Positions 1 to 7,859 of a stretch of DNA of 64,000 nucleotides are shown piece by piece (position 1 is the stretch's first letter; each line of letters begins with the position of its first letter). The stretch is from Candidatus Methanomethylophilaceae archaeon (GTDB lineage: Archaea; Thermoplasmatota; Thermoplasmata; Methanomassiliicoccales; Methanomethylophilaceae). The stretch is taken from positions 38,163 through 102,162 of the forward strand of contig JBMNQN010000004.1 in NCBI GenBank assembly GCA_050944155.1, in the 5' to 3' direction. Position numbers and translations under genes: made by a program. Below the pieces are notes generated by a model. The model saw only the letters and a program-made list of their open reading frames with translations. It had not been told where the DNA came from and made no database searches.

Positions 1-13
1 GAGGTGAGGACGA

Positions 14-628
14 ATGACCCTTACCGCCCCTCAGCTCTCCGCCATCGGCAACTACTGGGATAAGAATGGAGAGATCAGATACTACGTCAACAACATCCAG
101 AAGCTGATAGAAGAGAAGATTCCCGACGATCTCCGCGTGTACGTCGATTCCCTGGAGGAGGTTCATGTCGTGAACTGTTACGACAGGAATCTGAAGGACA
201 AGATTAAGTCCGCTCTCCAGAAACAGATGGAACTCGCTGCAGACATGTATGTGGTGCAGTTCTATTCCTCATTCGGAAAGGAAGCGACTCTCGTTGAAGA
301 TATGCCTTCTGCCGAGAGGATGGCGGAGGAGATCTGGGAGAGCTATCCCAAGAGCAGGCAGCAGAGGATGGGTCCGGTGAAGATCTTCGAACCGGGCTCG
401 GATACCTCATGCAAGATCTATCCCGGCAGGTTCTCGGTCGAGACTTTCACTCACGAGGAATATACAAAGGACAGAACAACCAACAGGAAATACTTCGACC
501 GTCAGGAAGACGCCCTTGTATATGGTCTCAGGAGATTCAAAGACCTGAAATCCAAGGGCAAATACTACGTCCACATCAAGGAGAAGGATCTTGTCATCAA
601 GGCTTACGCACCAGATGTTCCTGAATAA
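14..628 (+). CDS. Hypothetical protein of probable mobile-element origin
   Basis: 204-aa ORF preceded by a strong SD (gaggtga); no family recognised; lies left of a putative att site. Confidence 0.7.
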   Translation: MTLTAPQLSAIGNYWDKNGEIRYYVNNIQKLIEEKIPDDLRVYVDSLEEVHVVNCYDRNLKDKIKSALQKQMELAADMYVVQFYSSFGKEATLVEDMPSAERMAEEIWESYPKSRQQRMGPVKIFEPGSDTSCKIYPGRFSVETFTHEEYTKDRTTNRKYFDRQEDALVYGLRRFKDLKSKGKYYVHIKEKDLVIKAYAPDVPE

Positions 629-719
629 ACTATTCGTGCCTCCGGGCACTTATTTTCTTTCATGTTATCGCCTCTTTTTTTCCCATAACTACTATAACCG
701 AAATTGACCATCTACCATT

Positions 720-1625
720 GTGGCCCACGGTAAGACCATCAGCATCTTCCTCGTAGATGATGATCCATCATCCAGATGGATCTGCGAACTCTCAAACTGG
801 ACTGGTATTGGATTCAGGATTCCGAGGGCTATGCTGGCCGATTCCAAAGATGTCGATTATCTGGATACTCCAGGCGTTTATTTCCTAATTGGAAGAACAG
901 ATGATGATTCCGGATATGCGGTCTATATCGGAGAAACCGAGGACGTCCACTACCGTTTGATGCAACATTACAACAACGGAGACAAGGAATGGCAGGAATG
1001 GAACGAATGTGTTGCATTCTGCAGCAAGGATGCCACACTTAACAAGGCCAAGATCAAGTATCTGGAAAACAGACTCTACAACCTTGCTCGTTCTTCCGGA
1101 AGATGCAAAGTCATGAATGGAAACGAACCGAAACAATCCAAACTGTCCATGAAAGACAAAGCAGAGACCGAAGAATATCTGGACAACCTGATTGTCACCT
1201 TCGGTGCCATGGGGTACAGGTTCTTACAGAAATATTCGCCTATTAAACCTATCAAGAAGATTGAATCGAACAGTTCGAACATCGATACTACTGCAAACAT
1301 TGATTCTGAAACCGTAATCTTCAACTGTACTTGGCCAAAGATCGGCTGTGATGCACACGGGATTATCGTTCCTGAAGGAATCCTGGTGTTGAAAAACTCC
1401 AGAATCAGACATGACACCACCCCTTCCTTCAAGAACAAGGGATACAATATCCTTAGGGAGAAACTGATTAATGATGGAGTGATCGTCAACGACATTTTCG
1501 TCACGGACTATCTGTTCTCATCATACTCTGCAGCCGCCTCGGTGATATGTGGCAACAGCACCAACGGTAGGCAGGCATGGATCAATGATGACCATCAATC
1601 GATAGAGGAATACCTTTCAAATTGA
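720..1625 (+). CDS. GIY-YIG nuclease with C-terminal DUF4357/RAMA-like domain
   Basis: PGVYFL...VYIGETEDVHYRLMQH GIY-YIG motif; C-terminal DYLFSSYSAAASVICGNSTNGRQAW motif. Confidence 0.85.
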   Translation: MAHGKTISIFLVDDDPSSRWICELSNWTGIGFRIPRAMLADSKDVDYLDTPGVYFLIGRTDDDSGYAVYIGETEDVHYRLMQHYNNGDKEWQEWNECVAFCSKDATLNKAKIKYLENRLYNLARSSGRCKVMNGNEPKQSKLSMKDKAETEEYLDNLIVTFGAMGYRFLQKYSPIKPIKKIESNSSNIDTTANIDSETVIFNCTWPKIGCDAHGIIVPEGILVLKNSRIRHDTTPSFKNKGYNILREKLINDGVIVNDIFVTDYLFSSYSAAASVICGNSTNGRQAWINDDHQSIEEYLSN

Positions 1626-1672
1626 GTGGACCGTCATTTTTTACCATTCATTTACCATTGACGAAAATGGAT

Positions 1673-1745
1673 TTGCAACAATTCAATGACCTGTTTTAGA
1701 GGGTCATTGAACTCAATTTTTTGATGCTGGCCTATGTTGTTGCAA
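1673..1745. repeat. Nested inverted repeats
   Basis: TTCAATGACC 1682-1691 / GGTCATTGAA 1702-1711, inside TTGCAACAA 1673-1681 / TTGTTGCAA 1737-1745. Confidence 0.75.
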
Positions 1746-1791
1746 TGTCGGGGGGGTCCGCCATTTTCGGACGACGGGAGTGTCCGCGACT

Positions 1792-1811
1792 CCGTAAGAG
1801 TTACGGTTTTT
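1792..1811 (+). terminator. Hairpin plus T-run terminator
   Basis: CCGTAA-gag-TTACGG followed by T5. Confidence 0.5.
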
Positions 1812-1854
1812 GAATTCCGGTCGAAATCCATGTATGGGTACAGTGAAGTTTGTA

Positions 1855-2649
1855 TCAGAAATTTCTGAGTCTGTACACCGCGGAGGCCGCTATCGTAAGG
1901 ATCGACCCGTAAATCAGCATAACGGCGGCGGATACGGCGCTGTCCGGCACATAATGAGGGCGGATTCCGTGGGTATCGTACGTCACGAAGTAGAATCCCT
2001 TGCCTATGTCTGAGGATATCGCGTCAATCAGATAAGAGGGAAGATACCACGGTTCGGACGGGAATACTTCCGGCGCGGGCATCAGAAATATTACCAGTAC
2101 GGCGAGTGCAAGCATGATTATCACCGAGATGCTGGTTTTCGGAGAGACCGAACTTATGAAAACGGCAAGTCCGCACGAAAAAAACAGACAGGAGATTGTA
2201 AGACCCACAGTGACGGAAAGATCGGGTATTTTTCCGTATTCGATTCTTACGACGGTCGCTGCGCATGCGATGTAAATCAATGCAAAAACCGTTCCCACGA
2301 TAAAAGCTGCCGTGTATTTGGAAGCGAAAACGGTGTATCTGCTCACAGGCTTGGAAAGTATAACCGTGCCCGTTCCGGATTCGAACTGGGACGATATGCT
2401 GTCGGACAGGAGAATCGCAGGGATTATGAAAACCAGGGCTGGAACCATGAACAGAAAGGTCTTCATCTTTCTGTCCCAAAGGCTGTCGGCGAATTCCGTG
2501 TATAACGGCGGGGCAACCGCCGCCCCCGCGAGCATAAGCACAGTGACTGCCGCAAGTGCCAGTATTCTCCAGCCGAAGATTACGGACCGCAGTTCGAACA
2601 GAAGCATTTTCGGGAACTGTTTCAGCGAAATCTCCGCGCACGCGTTCAC
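1855..2649 (-). CDS. ABC-2 type transporter permease
   Basis: About 6 hydrophobic segments, SDSISSQFESGT..ILSKPVSR motif, 4-bp overlap with the ATPase gene. Confidence 0.85.
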   Translation of the reverse strand: MNACAEISLKQFPKMLLFELRSVIFGWRILALAAVTVLMLAGAAVAPPLYTEFADSLWDRKMKTFLFMVPALVFIIPAILLSDSISSQFESGTGTVILSKPVSRYTVFASKYTAAFIVGTVFALIYIACAATVVRIEYGKIPDLSVTVGLTISCLFFSCGLAVFISSVSPKTSISVIIMLALAVLVIFLMPAPEVFPSEPWYLPSYLIDAISSDIGKGFYFVTYDTHGIRPHYVPDSAVSAAVMLIYGSILTIAASAVYRLRNF

Positions 2650-3578
2650 TTCGTTTCCTTCAGAATTTCCGAATATGCCGCTTTCAGGCTGTCTTCTCTG
2701 TCGTATACGGATCCCACCTCTACGCCCAGTTCCGCCAGTCTCGGAATGATACCGAAGCGGTCGTCTTCGGATCCTTCGAACAGGATTTCCAGAAAATGTT
2801 CTTCCGCAATTACGGACTCCACCCCGGGTATCTTCATAATCGCTTCTGCCGTCTGTTCGGAAATACGCTTCCTTATCTCGATGACAATCTTTCTTCCGCT
2901 GCGGTGTTTTATCTCTTCCGTTGTGCCGTCTGCGATGATTTTTCCTTTATTGAGGACGACGATTCTTTCGCACAGTCCTTCGATTTCGGAAAGGTTGTGA
3001 CTGCTTATCAGCAGAGTCGTTTTCTTTTCTTCGGTGATTTTTGACAGCAGATTTATGAAATCTTCCGCTCCGCCGGGATCCAATCCGGATGTGGGTTCGT
3101 CCAGAATAATCAGTCCGGGATCGGAAATCAACGCCTGTGCCAGACCTATGCGTTGCATCATCCCTTTGGAAAATCCGCCTATTTTTGCGTCGATCCAGTT
3201 AATCATGTTTACTTCCGTAAGGACTCTGTTCACGGATGCCGAAGCACTCTTCCGTGACATTCCGTACAGGTCCGCGACATAAGTCAGAATCTGACGGGGA
3301 GTATACTGCTTTCCGAAAGCGGGGGTTTCGATAACCGCTCCGACATCCGCCAGAGCCGTTACCTGGTCGGCGTGGACGTCGGTTCCGAATACGAAAACGT
3401 TTCCGGATGTGGGCCTGAGCAGACCGGTAATCATCTTAAGCAGTGTGCTTTTTCCGGAACCGTTGGGGCCTAAAAGTCCCACGGTTGTTCCGGGTTCTAT
3501 GCCGAACGTCAAATCGTTTACGGCAAAAGTTCTGCCGTAACGGCGCGTAAGTCCTTCGGTGCGTATCGCATCCGTCAC
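2646..3578 (-). CDS. ABC transporter ATP-binding subunit
   Basis: Walker A GPNGSGKST, signature FSKGMMQR, Walker B IILDEP, H-loop SSH; GTG start at 3578 likely. Confidence 0.95.
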   Translation of the reverse strand: MTDAIRTEGLTRRYGRTFAVNDLTFGIEPGTTVGLLGPNGSGKSTLLKMITGLLRPTSGNVFVFGTDVHADQVTALADVGAVIETPAFGKQYTPRQILTYVADLYGMSRKSASASVNRVLTEVNMINWIDAKIGGFSKGMMQRIGLAQALISDPGLIILDEPTSGLDPGGAEDFINLLSKITEEKKTTLLISSHNLSEIEGLCERIVVLNKGKIIADGTTEEIKHRSGRKIVIEIRKRISEQTAEAIMKIPGVESVIAEEHFLEILFEGSEDDRFGIIPRLAELGVEVGSVYDREDSLKAAYSEILKETK

Positions 3579-4680
3579 GGAGCATCCCATTCCAAGTCCC
3601 AGCTTACGTATTTTTGTTCCTGCAGCGTGCCGTCTTCGTTAAATGTGTACGACCGAACGGTTCCCGATGTTGTCATTTTGATAATTTTTCCTTCTTCTTT
3701 TTCGGATATATATTCGGTATACTGTGTCACATTCGAAGTCACAGTGCTGTAAGTGAAGCCGTCCCCGGAAGATATGGAATAATTTGCGATTCTCACGAAC
3801 GCCCCCCCTCTTTCTGAGGATTGCAATCCATCAGCGTTCCTTCGAACGCGTAAGGAAGAACTGTTTTTCCGAGTGCTTCGGTTATTTCGCCGTTGCGGAT
3901 GTCCAGGCTGCGGTATACCCGTTCATTTTTGACATAGAAAAAGACCACGGACGAAGTCTGCGGGAATCCGAATTCGTATTCGCAGGCAGTTTCTGTCAGA
4001 GGTTCCGGCGTTCCGGTCGTAATCGTACCCTTTGCTCCGAAATACGGGATCTCGGTTTCGTTATTCCAGTCCGCCCCCCGTCTTATCGGGCCGTTGATGT
4101 CCAGTTTGGCGGAAATCTCTGCGGAAACCATGCTCACGGTTCCGCCGGGTACGGCAAGAGGTCCTTCGTAATTCATCTCGAATCTTACGATGATACCGGA
4201 GCTCTTATCTTGATAAATCGTGAAGTTGCTGCTTCCGGTTTTATAGCTGTATTCTCCGCAATCGGAAGAATATTCGTTGCCGATTCCGTATTTTACGGTT
4301 TTTTCTCCTGTAAACGAAACTTCTCCGGGAAGACCCGTCTTTTTATCGATTGCAATCTGGTAAGTGTTGGAAGAGCCGTAGGCGTATTCCACGGTGAAAA
4401 TCGTGAAAATGTCGTCGCCGTCGGCGAACATCATTCTGCCTTCCGACTGGGGCATGGCAAGTTTGTCTTTTGTGTAGGAGTAGCTGAATAAAACGTTGCC
4501 GTCGGAGTCGGTTATTCTGCTGTTTTCCGTCGTATATCTTGCAAAACTCGGCGGCATGATTGAAATTTCGGACCGCAGGTCGTCGTGATGGCTATCGACT
4601 GCAACCATCGACGGAACAAGTATGATGAGGATGACGGCTGCAGACAGAATGGCCGATTTGACGGGCTTCACATGGCGCAC
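3575..4680 (-). pseudogene. Secreted or surface protein split by a frameshift at a G7 tract (ORFs 3793-4680 and 3575-3826)
   Basis: Signal-peptide-like N-terminus; the two ORFs overlap across the C7 run at 3802-3808; one extra G fuses them into 368 aa. Confidence 0.6.
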
Positions 4681-4874
4681 ACCGTATCGTTTAAGATAAA
4701 CGTTGTCTAAGTAAAATATATACCCATTATGATTTTATTTCGGGGTTGCTTATATGGAAAAATTAGGTGCAATCACGTGATAATTCCACGAAACAAAACC
4801 AATCCCGGTTTCGATTGTTGTCGTAACGGCAATGATTTTTGATTGTTTTTCAATGGATTTTCCAAAATGGAATT

Positions 4875-5399
4875 TCAGTTTTCGGGGTAAGTAATCAGTG
4901 AGTCTACTTCGTACCCCTTGAATTTATTCCGTCCTCCGAGCCCCGCAAGCTCTATGAGGAAACACATTTTGACTACTTTTCCGCCCAGCTGTTCGACCAT
5001 TTTCACCATGGCTTCCGCGGTTCCTCCGGTTGCGATCAAATCGTCGATGATTACGACCTTCTGTCCGGGTTTTATGGAATCTTTGTGCATTTCCAGCGTG
5101 GCGGTTCCGTATTCCAGATCATATTCCATTTCTATGGTTTCGCGCGGGAGCTTTCCTTTTTTCCTGACGATGACGAATCCTTTGTGCAGGGCGTAAGCCA
5201 CAGGAGCCCCGAAAATGAATCCTCTGGATTCTGATCCGGCAACGACGTCGAAATCGACTCCTTTGAGCATTTCGGCGATACCGTCGACGGCCATCGCAAG
5301 TCCGTCTTTATCCTGGAGTACCGTCGTTATGTCTCTAAAAACCACTCCCTTTTTGGGAAAATCGGGTATTTCCGTTACGTAGTCTTCTACAGTCTTCAT
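4875..5399 (-). CDS. apt: Adenine phosphoribosyltransferase (bacterial type)
   Basis: IPDFPKKGVVFRDIT, ESRGF, RKKGKLP, LEYG, PRPP loop IIDDLIATGGT. Confidence 0.97.
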   Translation of the reverse strand: MKTVEDYVTEIPDFPKKGVVFRDITTVLQDKDGLAMAVDGIAEMLKGVDFDVVAGSESRGFIFGAPVAYALHKGFVIVRKKGKLPRETIEMEYDLEYGTATLEMHKDSIKPGQKVVIIDDLIATGGTAEAMVKMVEQLGGKVVKMCFLIELAGLGGRNKFKGYEVDSLITYPEN

Positions 5400-5437
5400 A
5401 AGCCCGAAATTGAAAATTGAATATATAACAACAGCCG

Positions 5438-5454
5438 AAAAACCCCAGAGGGGT
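5438..5454 (-). terminator. Hairpin plus U-run terminator
   Basis: Minus strand ACCCC-tct-GGGGT followed by a T-run. Confidence 0.55.
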
Positions 5455-5645
5455 AAAGGTTCCCGGCACAGCCGGGTTTGTTGCGGTCATCAGTCGAGTC
5501 TTGCAGACAGCCCGCGTGAAAGGTCAATCAGAGTGAAGCGCCGACCGGCCTACCTTCTGCTCTTTGTTACCCGTACACATTACTGAGTTGTCTTCGCCGC
5601 AGATCCAAGTGTTTTGTCGTTTCCCGATAGTTGCTTACCTCCGGT
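5438..5645 (-). ncRNA. Candidate structured non-coding RNA of unknown class
   Basis: GC-richer ~200-nt block between AT-rich flanks; TATA at 5666-5674, several hairpins, 3' terminator; no convincing ORF. Confidence 0.45.
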
Positions 5646-5712
5646 ACTATACATTGATTCCCTACTATTTATAACATATGTTTTTCGTTTTCCGTTGAAT
5701 CTATGATAATAA

Positions 5713-5727
5713 CTACGAAATTCGTAG
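5713..5727. promoter_or_regulatory. 15-bp palindromic operator (Lrp/Ptr2-like)
   Basis: CTACGAA-A-TTCGTAG with perfect 7-bp arms, ~40 bp upstream of the TATA at 5666-5674. Confidence 0.5.
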
Positions 5728-5822
5728 AAAAGGTTACAGAAAGCAAATAATGTACTTTTTCGGGAATTACAGCATATTTCAAAAAAATCAAAGAAAAGGC
5801 CGGCGGGTGCCGGCAAAAAGTT

Positions 5823-6926
5823 TCAGTTCAGCTGTTCCGAGCAGTACGGGCAGAACTTCGGGGTCTTCTTAAGCCCGGCAAGACTCTCTCCGCAGTACGG
5901 GCAGATTTTGAAAGTTCTGCCCTCTCCGTCGGAAGGAGCGGGAGCCGCCGCAGGCGCCGCGGGGGCTGCCTGAGCATTTCCGGCTGCAGCCTGCTGCTGG
6001 GGCGAAGGTTTTCCGCAGTTTCCGCAGAATCTGTACGGATAGTCGTTGGGACTTCCGCAGTACGGACACAGAACTTTCGGAATCTGGTTTCCCTGTTGCT
6101 GCTGGGCGGCCTGTTGCTGCTGAAGCTGCTGGTACATCTGGGGGAACAGAAGCATTCCCGTACCTACAGCCGCGCCCCCGCTGGAGTTTCCGATGGCATC
6201 GGCCATACGGTCCATGACTTCGTACCTCTTGAAGGCCTCACCGTTCTGGGAACTGAACTGGAGATAGTTGAATATCTTCTCCTGATCCTCGTCGGTGGTT
6301 CTAAGCTCCGCAATCTTGAACGCCAGAAGTTCGATTCCCCTCTGTTCGAAGTAAGGCTCTATGAGGGCTTTGGTGGTGGACGAGGCTTTTTCGAGGTTTC
6401 CGTAGACTTCCATGTAGTATTGTTTCGTGAGCTGCTGGGTAATCTGTTCGTTTATGAAACTCTTCATGAAACTGTTGACGTCCGCCGTGCTGTACGAATT
6501 CATTCCTCCGATAACCTGGGTGTAGAATATCGACGGGTCCTTTATGCGGAACTGATAGTCTCCGTTGGACATGAGCACGATGGGAACGTCGTATCCCGGC
6601 GCAGCCTTGATCATGCCTCTGATGCCCCACCTTCCGTTGAACATCTTCAGGGAAACGAAGATTACCTGAACCTTGAACGGCGTCTCTTTGTATCCGAGTG
6701 CCAGATTGTACAGTTTGGTAAGCCAGGGGATGTTGGAACTGGTCAGTACGTGTCTTCCCGGCTCCAGAACCCCGGTAAGCTGTCCGTCTCTTATGAACAG
6801 GGCTACGGCGTGTTCGGGGACGGTCACGGAAGTGACGGTTCTCAGGTCGTCCCGGTCGTATTTGTAGATGATGTCGTCCGGACCCTGTCCGTCCCAAAAT
6901 ATTACGTTTGTTTTTTTCTCGGCCAT
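5823..6926 (-). CDS. SPFH/band-7 (YdjI-like) protein with Q-rich linker and C-terminal zinc ribbons
   Basis: VTVPEHAVALFIRDGQLTGVLEPGRHVLTSSNIPWL and PFKVQVIFVS; CPYCG..CGNCG and CPYCG..CPYC; ATG at 6926 after SD gaggagtga. Confidence 0.85.
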   Translation of the reverse strand: MAEKKTNVIFWDGQGPDDIIYKYDRDDLRTVTSVTVPEHAVALFIRDGQLTGVLEPGRHVLTSSNIPWLTKLYNLALGYKETPFKVQVIFVSLKMFNGRWGIRGMIKAAPGYDVPIVLMSNGDYQFRIKDPSIFYTQVIGGMNSYSTADVNSFMKSFINEQITQQLTKQYYMEVYGNLEKASSTTKALIEPYFEQRGIELLAFKIAELRTTDEDQEKIFNYLQFSSQNGEAFKRYEVMDRMADAIGNSSGGAAVGTGMLLFPQMYQQLQQQQAAQQQQGNQIPKVLCPYCGSPNDYPYRFCGNCGKPSPQQQAAAGNAQAAPAAPAAAPAPSDGEGRTFKICPYCGESLAGLKKTPKFCPYCSEQLN

Positions 6927-6931
6927 CGGTA

Positions 6932-7480
6932 TCACTCCTCTCCGTCCGCGAATCCTTTCATTACGGAGTCTCTGTTTCTGTATTCGTCGATCATGGAATC
7001 GACGGCGGTTTCGAGTTTTCTCAGATCTCCTCTGATTGCGTATTCGCCCCTGTCGATTTTGGCGACGAGTTCCGCAGACTCCTTTCTGAGTCCGGCGGCG
7101 CTTTCCACCAGCCGGGCATCCCACATAATCAGCCGATCCAGTTCCTCTTCCAGAATTTTAACCGAAGAAGACAGTCCGCTGTATCCGCCGGCGGCCTTTT
7201 TGACCGAAATGTAATACTGGTCCACTTTCGCTCTGATTCTTTCGGTGTCTCTGAGCAGTTCCAGATCTCCGGTGACGGCTCTCTGTACCGTACCGAGATC
7301 GGATTTGGTTCCTTCCAGGGTCCGGGCAACCTCCTGTCTTACGGCTCTGTCCTCGTCCCTGCGGAGGTTTTTCTGTTTGTATCCCCTGTATATGGGAATG
7401 TAAAGTCCTATGCGTTCTATCATAGACGTGGTGCTTTTCATCTGGTCTCCGACTTTTTTGTCCAACGTCATTTTTCTCAC
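6932..7480 (-). CDS. Conserved all-helical hypothetical protein (SPFH-operon associated)
   Basis: IPIYRGY..K..RRDEDRAVR and AAGGYSGL..VKI.EEELDRLI.WD motifs; charged and helical; tightly coupled in the operon. Confidence 0.8.
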   Translation of the reverse strand: MRKMTLDKKVGDQMKSTTSMIERIGLYIPIYRGYKQKNLRRDEDRAVRQEVARTLEGTKSDLGTVQRAVTGDLELLRDTERIRAKVDQYYISVKKAAGGYSGLSSSVKILEEELDRLIMWDARLVESAAGLRKESAELVAKIDRGEYAIRGDLRKLETAVDSMIDEYRNRDSVMKGFADGEE

Positions 7481-7848
7481 TTCCTGTTTTTAACCACCAG
7501 CAGTATCGCCAGAACGGCAATCACTATAATCACGATCAGTGCCACAATCGCCGTTCCCAGTTCCGTATATGTGAGCAGGTATCCCGTCAGGCCTGCCAGA
7601 AGCATAACGGACCCGACTGCGAATCTGTAGCTGGATTCCGAAGGGCCGAAGCCGTCGGATGCGTTGTCGTACAGGAACGACAGAGCCGCAACGGCCCCTC
7701 CTGTTATTGCCAGTACGACCCACAGAATCACGTGATAGCCGTCATCCATCGCGATGTAGGCGGCTACCCCGATTGCCAGGGCAATAATGAACATAATGCC
7801 CGTGACGGCGTTCAGATTTCTTTCTGCCAGCATTTTTTTGTTTACCAT
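7477..7848 (-). CDS. Small four-TM membrane protein
   Basis: Four hydrophobic segments; SD ggaggt upstream. Confidence 0.85.
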   Translation of the reverse strand: MVNKKMLAERNLNAVTGIMFIIALAIGVAAYIAMDDGYHVILWVVLAITGGAVAALSFLYDNASDGFGPSESSYRFAVGSVMLLAGLTGYLLTYTELGTAIVALIVIIVIAVLAILLVVKNRK

Positions 7849-7859
7849 TTGTTACCTCC

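Larger units (their letters stand above)
1..1763. mobile_element. Probable right end of an integrated element or genomic island
   Basis: Accessory genes, an AT-rich tail with nested inverted repeats, and a tRNA-3'-like GGGTCCGCCA at 1754-1763; no integrase in the window. Confidence 0.5.

Noticed and set aside
4689-4716. Possible dif (XerA) site GTTTAAGATAA-ACGTTG-TCTAAGTAAAA
   Set aside because: The right arm lacks the TTAT inner motif; more likely promoter DNA
5470-5530. CTGATGA as a hammerhead ribozyme core
   Set aside because: No correctly placed GAAA after a stem II, and no matching cleavage triplet geometry
5580-5816. 78-aa ORF in the apt-SPFH intergenic region
   Set aside because: Runs through AT-rich promoter DNA, has no SD and is not protein-like
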